From an uncultured virus (IMG/VR IMGVR_UViG_3300025261_000058) (Duplodnaviria; Heunggongvirae; Uroviricota; Caudoviricetes): a stretch of DNA of 64,000 nt. The DNA is taken from the IMG/VR virus record IMGVR_UViG_3300025261_000058. One strand, 5' to 3'. Below the pieces are notes generated by a model that saw nothing but the letters and a program-made list of their open reading frames with translations, did not search any database and was not told the DNA's origin. This document shows positions 57,519 through 64,000 of the stretch, piece after piece; position 1 is the stretch's first letter; each line of letters begins with the position of its first letter. A program made the position numbers and the translations under genes.

Positions 57519-58121
57519 TTGACGACAAACGACAGCAAAGACCAGGGACGCGAGGCACTGAGCGAGGCAGAGATCCGCAAGAGCATGACGTCGGACCATA
57601 TCCAGCTTGAACGCAAACTCACCTGCGAGGCGATCGATGGTGCCATTGCATTTGGTTACCAAAACACGAACCCTCCGCCGAGCGATGATCATTGGCTTGC
57701 GCCTTACTGGAAGACCGGCCGCAAACAGGCTGAGTTAGAAGCCGCCCTCGCTACCAGTGCATCCGCTCTCGCTCGCGATGAGGCGACGGGTAATCGCGAG
57801 TTCCACGAAGCCGCAGTAAAACTAGTTCGCGACATGATGGACGCTTGGTCAGACGGCCGGCGTTTGGCGGAATGCCCGGCCATCGGATGCCGCATAAACG
57901 CGCTGCTTACCGCGGCCACTGGTGGAGATGCCGCGAGTGTGACAAGCGTTGCGGACTGGGAGATTTCTTCTATCGCCAATGAACTGTGGCAATTGGCTGA
58001 TCAATGTGGCTACGAACAGTTCCGTGACGCTGTCTCGACACATCTAAAGAAGTCGTACAGCGATGGGTGGTCTGACCATCAGAACGGCGCAGCATCGGTG
58101 ACTTACGGGGACCAAAAATGA
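57519..58121 (+). CDS. Modular hypothetical protein
   Basis: TTG start with GGAG RBS; degenerate linker repeats. Confidence 0.6.
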   Translation: MTTNDSKDQGREALSEAEIRKSMTSDHIQLERKLTCEAIDGAIAFGYQNTNPPPSDDHWLAPYWKTGRKQAELEAALATSASALARDEATGNREFHEAAVKLVRDMMDAWSDGRRLAECPAIGCRINALLTAATGGDAASVTSVADWEISSIANELWQLADQCGYEQFRDAVSTHLKKSYSDGWSDHQNGAASVTYGDQK

Positions 58122-58783
58122 CGCACGATGAAATCATGGCAACAGCAAGCCATTACTCGGAAGTGGATGCGCAAGGCTACGTGCGGTTTTGCGAAGATGA
58201 TCTGATCAACTTCGCAGACGCCCTTCTCGCCCCCTCTAGCGCAGCCACTGTTAGCGATGCCGCGAGTGTGCTGAGCAATGAGCAGATCATCGAGCGCTGC
58301 AAAGCGGCTGGCATTAAGTGGATACCGCCCGAGTTGCCTGACGACTGCGATTATGAAATGGGCTTCCCCGGCTCGTTCGACATGGTAACCATGGACGAGA
58401 TGCGCGCGCTTCTCACCGCTGCCAGCGATCAGGCGTCGGGGCAGGCGGTGCCAAAAGGATGGAAGTTGGTCCCGATTGTGCCAACACGCGGGATGCCGGT
58501 AGCGGGTGGATTGGTCCCGCGCGGCGAACACCTTTTTCATCATCCTGGCGGTGGCGACGAGCGTATCGAAGTGATTGGCTTCGGGAAAGCCTGCGAAGTT
58601 TGGGCCGCCATGCTTGCCGCCGCCCCCTCTCCCGCCGTGCGCGAAGCCGGGGACGGCGTGACGCTGACGGATAGCGACATTCTCGTACTGTGGGACCAAA
58701 CCATGGCTCCGGACGACGATGAGAACCGTGAGCACAAACTGATCGTACGCTTCGCCCGCGCCCTTCTTAAGGAGGCCAAGTGA
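58118..58783 (+). CDS. Modular hypothetical protein
   Basis: VP.GWKLVP..PT..M...W.AMLAAAP; FARALL. Confidence 0.7.
   Translation: MTHDEIMATASHYSEVDAQGYVRFCEDDLINFADALLAPSSAATVSDAASVLSNEQIIERCKAAGIKWIPPELPDDCDYEMGFPGSFDMVTMDEMRALLTAASDQASGQAVPKGWKLVPIVPTRGMPVAGGLVPRGEHLFHHPGGGDERIEVIGFGKACEVWAAMLAAAPSPAVREAGDGVTLTDSDILVLWDQTMAPDDDENREHKLIVRFARALLKEAK
58235..58268 (+). repeat. 34-bp exact direct repeat, copy 2
   Basis: Identical to 49925-49958. Confidence 0.95.
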
Positions 58784-59556
58784 TGGACGCGCACCTCGCA
58801 GCATATTTCAGGAATCACCTAGCGTACGACGAGGTGACCGGTATAGCCACATGGCTTACAGGACGACGCGCCGGCGACGCTGTGGACGGCAGGACGCACA
58901 AGGGATACGTCTCTATCCACATCGCAGGTCATAACCGGCCGTTGCATCGAGTGATCTGGACAATGGTGACTGGTGAATCCCCGTCTTTGCAGATCGATCA
59001 TATCGATGGCGTGCGAGACAACAATCGAATGGATAACCTGAGACTGGCGAACAGCATCCAGAACAACCGGAATAAGTTGGCGTTCAGGTCCAACACCACG
59101 ACCGGCCTGAAAGGCGTTACCAAACGGATGGGTCGCTATTCCGCTCGAATCCATATCGGCCCGGAACTTCGACACCTCGGTACGTTTGCGACGATGGATG
59201 AAGCGGCGCATGCCTATAACAAGGCGGCGATTGCTGAGTTCGGCGAATTCGCAGTTCTCAACCCAATTGGCCTTGTCCAAGAAATAACCGGTCATGACCT
59301 GAAAATTGAGGTCGTGGGCGCAGACCAAGGAGCAATCATGTCGCGAGGGCATCACGAACTGCAGGTCTTCGCCTCGGAAGCTCAGCAACATGGCTTTGCT
59401 TTTTCGATGGATTCCCTTGAGCACGTATGGTTTCGCCCGATTCCGAACAAATACGATCCGAACAAGACATGTCGCTTTGTGCCTGCCGTGCCGGAATCGA
59501 GAGGATCATTCCCAGCCACTTATGTTCGCCTTCTACGCGAAGCGGGGAGCCGGTGA
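58780..59556 (+). CDS. HNH-AP2 endonuclease with C-terminal extension
   Basis: HRVIW, IDHIDG...NN...NLR, G.KGV, HLG.F....EAA.AY. Confidence 0.85.
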   Translation: MMDAHLAAYFRNHLAYDEVTGIATWLTGRRAGDAVDGRTHKGYVSIHIAGHNRPLHRVIWTMVTGESPSLQIDHIDGVRDNNRMDNLRLANSIQNNRNKLAFRSNTTTGLKGVTKRMGRYSARIHIGPELRHLGTFATMDEAAHAYNKAAIAEFGEFAVLNPIGLVQEITGHDLKIEVVGADQGAIMSRGHHELQVFASEAQQHGFAFSMDSLEHVWFRPIPNKYDPNKTCRFVPAVPESRGSFPATYVRLLREAGSR

Positions 59557-59701
59557 TATGAGCCTTATTTCATGCATTTACTTCCTGTGCGGCGCATTGA
59601 CCGTTGGCTGCATCTGGGTGTGTGTCGAAACAGCCAGAATTCAAAAACGTATTCGGAGGCTCCGATTCACCCTATCCGCCCAGCAAGCAAAGGAATAGAA
59701 C

Positions 59702-60223
59702 ATGAGTGACACGATGCTTTTTGGCATTCTCCGTATGCCGCTAGATATGGTTCTCTCCGACCCATTATCGACTGCGCAGTTTCATAGCTGCGCTCAAGGC
59801 GCCGCCGCTCTCATAGAGCAGCAAGCCGCCCGCATCGCCGAATTGGAAGAAGCCATCCGAAAGCAAGCCAATGCTGCCCGGTGCCTCGCCGACGCAACTA
59901 TCCGTGACGCGTCGATCCGTCAAGAGTTGGCAGAGAAGGCGCGCGCCGAGTCGTCACCAGAAGTGCTCGCGTCTGAGCGACAGGCTAACGCGATGCTGAC
60001 AGAAGAAAACGAACGGCTGACGGCGCGCATCGCCGCCCTCGAATCCGCTTCGAAGGATGCGATACGGCGGGAGGCGATCGAGCAGGCTGCGAAGCACATG
60101 GATTCACGCGCCGCTGAATTCAGGGGTTGCGGAAACCACACGGCAGACACGATGGCGCGCGTTTTCGAAGCCGAGGCTGACGCTATCCGCGCCCTGTCTC
60201 AAAAGGTAGGAGACCAGCAATGA
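59702..60223 (+). CDS. Coiled-coil hypothetical protein
   Basis: AAGGA RBS; LASER.ANA.LT.E. Confidence 0.65.
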   Translation: MSDTMLFGILRMPLDMVLSDPLSTAQFHSCAQGAAALIEQQAARIAELEEAIRKQANAARCLADATIRDASIRQELAEKARAESSPEVLASERQANAMLTEENERLTARIAALESASKDAIRREAIEQAAKHMDSRAAEFRGCGNHTADTMARVFEAEADAIRALSQKVGDQQ

Positions 60224-60233
60224 GCACTGTGTT

Positions 60234-60488
60234 TCAGTTAAGCCGCGCTGGATTGTCTTCAACGAATTGTCGAGCGGCAGCAAGCGCTTCTTCGGACGTA
60301 TCGAAATTAAGGCCCTTTGGGTTTGGCACCTTAACCCACGCGTCTTCCTCGCGTTCATTGTTCAAGCGAACATGGGCGACGAGTTTCTTTTCGCATGTGC
60401 GCTCGAATCCCACGACGCCGCCGGAGATCACTTCGCGAAGCCGAAGTTCGAAACGTCGGTCCGACACTGAGAATTCAACACTAGGCAT
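60234..60488 (-). CDS. Hypothetical protein opposite to the early operon
   Basis: GGAGAG RBS before ATG 60488. Confidence 0.55.
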   Translation of the reverse strand: MPSVEFSVSDRRFELRLREVISGGVVGFERTCEKKLVAHVRLNNEREEDAWVKVPNPKGLNFDTSEEALAAARQFVEDNPARLN

Positions 60489-61232
60489 GCGGCTCTCCAA
60501 GTTTGCTTTTCGAGGATCGTAACATGGCCGCTGCACAACTAGTTCCCGGTATTAGTGAGGGTAGTCGCATGACCCTCTACACAGTCCGCGCCCAAGCGCC
60601 GGACGACATCATCGCCGCATCTTGCAAGCGCGAGACGGACCAATGAACCACCTCAACAGCCGCCGAGCATTCGAAGAATCGCACCGGTCGTTCTCGCTGG
60701 CAAAGCAGCCCACGACGTATCAGGTGCATGACCTTTGCAGCAAGTTCGCACAGATGGTCGCCGATGATCGACGGTACAAGATATCTGTGGGGCTGTCTGC
60801 GGCGGGGATTAATGTTGTTCGTGAGCCGAGGACAGGGAAATGACCAGTCATGACGAAACCGCGGTGAACCTGAGACTGGTTGCCGCCATGGCCGCGAAGA
60901 TGGCAGGCAAGGTCGAGCAGCGCGCACTCTGGCCCGGCGACCTTGAGGAAGCAATTGCGCAGATGCAGAAATGGCTAGCGGAGATTGTGGGATGACTGAA
61001 CTGAACGATTTGGAAGCAGTGAAAGCTGAGCTTCAATGGTGCATCGCCGAGGGCACTTATGGCCCGCGCACGGGCGCAGCGTTGCGCTGGGCATTGGAGA
61101 TGATTGAGCAGATGGAAGCGGAGAAGCAGGCGGCATGACCGAAGCGCTGGAAAAGATTCTGGCCGTTACCGCGGCCTGGTGGAAGATTGAATATCTGGTC
61201 GCTTAGGCGGCCAGTTTTGTTTTGGAGGTCAA

Positions 61233-61523
61233 ATGGAGCGACGAGAGGTTGTCGACCTGTTCGGCGAGACGGTCGTCATCGAGGTAAGCGAGGCCAAAGG
61301 AGTTCGCAAGCCGACGCGTCCGAACGGGTACGCGGCGCCGCCCGGAAGCGGGCCAACAGGCGAGACATGCAAAAACTGTGAGCATGCGGTCCGAGTCAAC
61401 AACGGAACGGCAGGCACCTATCGCAAATGTGCGCTCATGCGGGCGAATTGGACGGGCGGGCCAGGGAGTGACATTCTCTTTCGGTCGCCCGCTTGCAGAC
61501 ATTGGGAGAGCGAGAAAAAATGA
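61233..61523 (+). CDS. Cys-rich phage protein
   Basis: GYAA.PG.GP.GETC..C.H...KC.L. Confidence 0.7.
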   Translation: MERREVVDLFGETVVIEVSEAKGVRKPTRPNGYAAPPGSGPTGETCKNCEHAVRVNNGTAGTYRKCALMRANWTGGPGSDILFRSPACRHWESEKK

Positions 61524-61735
61524 ACGAATCGATGTTTCTGTCCGAGGATGAGCTCGTGGAGATGACCGGCAAGGTTAGGCACCCGGCACAGGTTCGCGTT
61601 CTGAATCGCCTTGGCATCGATCACAAGGTGCGGCCGGACGGCTCGATAGTCGTGCTCCGGGCCGTCTCGCAACGCGTCTTGGGCGATCGCACGCCGAAGG
61701 CTACTATCAAGACGTGGGAACCCGTCTTCAACTAA
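61520..61735 (+). CDS. Excisionase-like protein (DUF4224)
   Basis: FLS.DEL..MTG.....Q...L...GI......DG...V.R; upstream of integrase. Confidence 0.8.
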   Translation: MNESMFLSEDELVEMTGKVRHPAQVRVLNRLGIDHKVRPDGSIVVLRAVSQRVLGDRTPKATIKTWEPVFN

Positions 61736-61737
61736 TC

Positions 61738-62790
61738 ATGCCGCGTCCAAAGAGCAAAGAAAATCAGGGCCTCCCGAAGCGCTGGACGGCCCACCACGGC
61801 GCCTACTACTATCAGGTGCCGCTGGGGCAGGAGAGCGCGTGGGACGGCAAACGCAAGTTCCGGCTCGGCGCGACGCTGCCTGAGGCCTATCGGACATGGG
61901 CAGATCGCATTGGCCGGACTGACAACGTACGGACAGTCGGCGATCTGCTGGACCGGTATGTGTTGGAAGTTATCCCCACAAAAGCGGCGTCTACGCAAAC
62001 GCAGAATCGCGCGTCGCTGAAGTTCATCAGGGAGAAGTTTGCCACCGCGCCACTAACAGCGGTGAAGCCATCGCACATCTACAAATATCTCGATTGGCGT
62101 CCGGCCAAAGTGCAGGCGAGGCGGGAAATTGAGATCTTGTCGCATGCTTTCACCAAGGCGGTGGAGTGGGGCTACATCGACAAGCATCCGTTCAAAGGCG
62201 AGGTCCGCAAGGAGGGCTCCAAGCCGCGCACGCGATACGTTGAAGATTGGGAGATCGTTGAATGCCTGTCGATCGAATCCAAACGCAAGAAGGGTAGCGT
62301 TCTGGCCGTCCAGTCGTATATCCGTGTGAAGCTGCTCACAGGGCTGCGCCGCGGTGATCTGTTGCGCCTGCGCATGGCTGACCTGAAAGACGACGGCATC
62401 CATGTGACACCCTCAAAGACCGCGGACTCGACCGGCAAGCGGGTGATTATTCAATGGTCCGACGAGTTGAGGGAAGCGGTGGCGATGGCAAAAGGCGCTC
62501 GACCCGTGCAGCTGGGGCCGTTCCTGTTCTGCAATCGGGCAGGGGAATGCTACATCGACGAGGCGTCCGGACGCGCCGGCGGATGGGAATCTCTATGGCG
62601 GGGATTCATGGCTCGCGTGCTTGACGAAACCAAGGTCACCGAGCGATTCACCGAGCACGATTTGCGAGCGAAGTGCGCGAGCGATGCGGAAACGCTGGCT
62701 CATGCGCAGGCACTTATGACTCACGCCGACAGCCGGATAACAGACCGCGTCTATCGCCGGAAACCGGAGATGGTGAAGCCGCTGCGCTAG
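61738..62790 (+). CDS. int: Tyrosine integrase
   Basis: TGLRRGD, K, HDLR, H, Y catalytic residues. Confidence 0.95.
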   Translation: MPRPKSKENQGLPKRWTAHHGAYYYQVPLGQESAWDGKRKFRLGATLPEAYRTWADRIGRTDNVRTVGDLLDRYVLEVIPTKAASTQTQNRASLKFIREKFATAPLTAVKPSHIYKYLDWRPAKVQARREIEILSHAFTKAVEWGYIDKHPFKGEVRKEGSKPRTRYVEDWEIVECLSIESKRKKGSVLAVQSYIRVKLLTGLRRGDLLRLRMADLKDDGIHVTPSKTADSTGKRVIIQWSDELREAVAMAKGARPVQLGPFLFCNRAGECYIDEASGRAGGWESLWRGFMARVLDETKVTERFTEHDLRAKCASDAETLAHAQALMTHADSRITDRVYRRKPEMVKPLR

Positions 62791-62924
62791 GCAAAAAGTG
62801 GGTTATTCGGATAGGGTATTGCACGACAGTTAAAGGCTTAGCGGGGAGTAGTTCAAAAATCTATAACCCACGTCGATTGTCTGTCATCGTTATGTAGCAA
62901 GCGAATCCGATCAATGGGCGTACC

Positions 62925-62967
62925 GGTTAATAGCCTATCCGGGGTTCGAATCCCCGTCTCTCCGCCA
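62925..62967 (+). tRNA. 3' fragment of tRNA-Ser (att core duplication), not a full tRNA
   Basis: Half variable arm, T arm CGGGG-TTCGAAT-CCCCG, acceptor strand TCTCTCC-G-CCA; no 5' half upstream. Confidence 0.85.
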
Positions 62968-63141
62968 GAATACCTTTGTGCCTATAAATGACTGATTTAT
63001 AAGGCCGTAACGTGTTGGCGAATTCTCGCTAACCACACAATCTACACGCATTCCCACCACATGTAGGCAATCGTCAGGAGACGGTTCGAGAGCCAATCGA
63101 CGTCCTTTCTGGATGAAGTTGAGCTGCTACAGAACATCCTT

Positions 63142-63846
63142 GTGTCACACGCGACTAACGGCCCTACGTCCGATGGCGACTATGTGACACTGAGGGCCTC
63201 CCTACTGGCGCGCGCGGACTATGCGCCACTTGTTCCGAGATTCGTGCGTACCTGCCGCGACCTGAGCCAGTTCTGGCAATTCATAAAACACAAGTTTCCG
63301 AGTTACGCAGAGCGGCGGTTGTTTTTGTGGGACGAGTTCAGGCCTCTCCTGGAGCGAATCGAAGGGGCCGGGACGAGTCCCGCCGATTCGGCAGTTACTG
63401 CGGCCATCGAGAAGTTCGATAGCGAGCATGTGCTGGCTGCATGGAACAAGGCATTGGAGAGGAAGCAGGCGGACCCAGAGGGCGCGATAACGATGGCGCG
63501 TACTCTTCTTGAGACCATGTGTAAGCATATTCTGGACGAGCGCGACGTATCTTACGGGGAATCGCCTGACCTGCCGGAACTCTACAGGCTCACATCTAAG
63601 GCATTGAACTTGGCTCCCAGTCAGCACACTGAGGGAGTCTTTAGGCAAATCCTGGGCGGCTGTCAGTCGGTGGTGGAAGGGCTGGGTGCCCTCCGAAACA
63701 AGCTTAGCGATGCGCACGGCACAGGCAAGCGCGCAGTAAAGCCCGCAGCAAGGCATGCTGAACTCGCAGTGAACCTGTCGGGAGCACTAGCCCTCTACCT
63801 GTTGGCCACACTAGAAGCCACAGGCCAGACTCCATCTGGGCAGTAA
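63142..63846 (+). CDS. Abortive-infection C-terminal (Abi_C) domain protein; start uncertain
   Basis: D.EGAIT.AR.LLE..CK.IL, LRN..SDAHG, A.LAVN. Confidence 0.8.
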   Translation: MSHATNGPTSDGDYVTLRASLLARADYAPLVPRFVRTCRDLSQFWQFIKHKFPSYAERRLFLWDEFRPLLERIEGAGTSPADSAVTAAIEKFDSEHVLAAWNKALERKQADPEGAITMARTLLETMCKHILDERDVSYGESPDLPELYRLTSKALNLAPSQHTEGVFRQILGGCQSVVEGLGALRNKLSDAHGTGKRAVKPAARHAELAVNLSGALALYLLATLEATGQTPSGQ

Positions 63847-64000
63847 GGCCGAAGTAGGTAGTCTGCCAGGTCATTGGTAAGTGCCATACGTCCTCAGCTA
63901 TTCCTTTCCATCCGCCTATCCGCGGAGGAAAGAGGCAGGCCGTTTCTCGGTAGAACGATTCGCCAATGTCGTCGTGAACCACGTTCACAGAGTCCGAGGC

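Larger units (their letters stand above)
1..62967. mobile_element. Temperate prophage (lambdoid regulation, myovirus-type morphogenesis); left end outside window
   Basis: Contiguous lysis, tail, head, terminase, Q, replication, immunity, recombination and integrase genes ending at a tRNA 3' fragment. Confidence 0.95.

Noticed and set aside
62808..62818. CGGATAGGGTA identical to part of the GIY-YIG leader
   Set aside because: Isolated 11-mer with no accompanying structure; compatible with chance in 64 kb

Overview
About 63 kb of this window is a single, apparently intact temperate prophage. The GC-rich sequence and gene content suggest a Burkholderiaceae-like betaproteobacterial host (inference). 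The regulatory layout is lambdoid: CI/Cro/CII switch, O-like initiator plus DnaB, SSB, NinG, Q-like antiterminator and a pR'/tR' leader. The virion module is a contractile-tailed myovirus type (TerS/TerL, DUF1073 portal, MuF, DUF2213, DUF2184 capsid, DUF3383 sheath, DUF3277 tube, baseplate, short fibre), followed by a lysis cassette. The right end is an excisionase-like gene, a tyrosine integrase and a 43-bp 3' fragment of a tRNA-Ser (62925-62967, att); the other att lies left of the window. Cargo includes a LexA-boxed SRAP/DNA-ligase cluster, an autoregulated surface-modification moron, several GIY-YIG/HNH endonucleases and a C5-methyltransferase split over two fully overlapping frames. The most unusual signals are non-coding. 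(i) A ~0.8 kb late-operon array of structured RNAs (32410-33170) holds a C4-type antisense RNA and two tandem same-scaffold hairpins, one of whose apical arm is exactly complementary (12 nt) to a hairpin in the structured, separately promoted 5' leader of the neighbouring GIY-YIG gene. (ii) A perfect type II hammerhead ribozyme heads a ~0.7 kb structured tract in the pL transcript. (iii) A separately promoted ~70-nt hairpin RNA converges on an LPD3/BECR-like gene that sits in frame directly behind the MuF amber stop. Family names come from motif recognition, not database searches.
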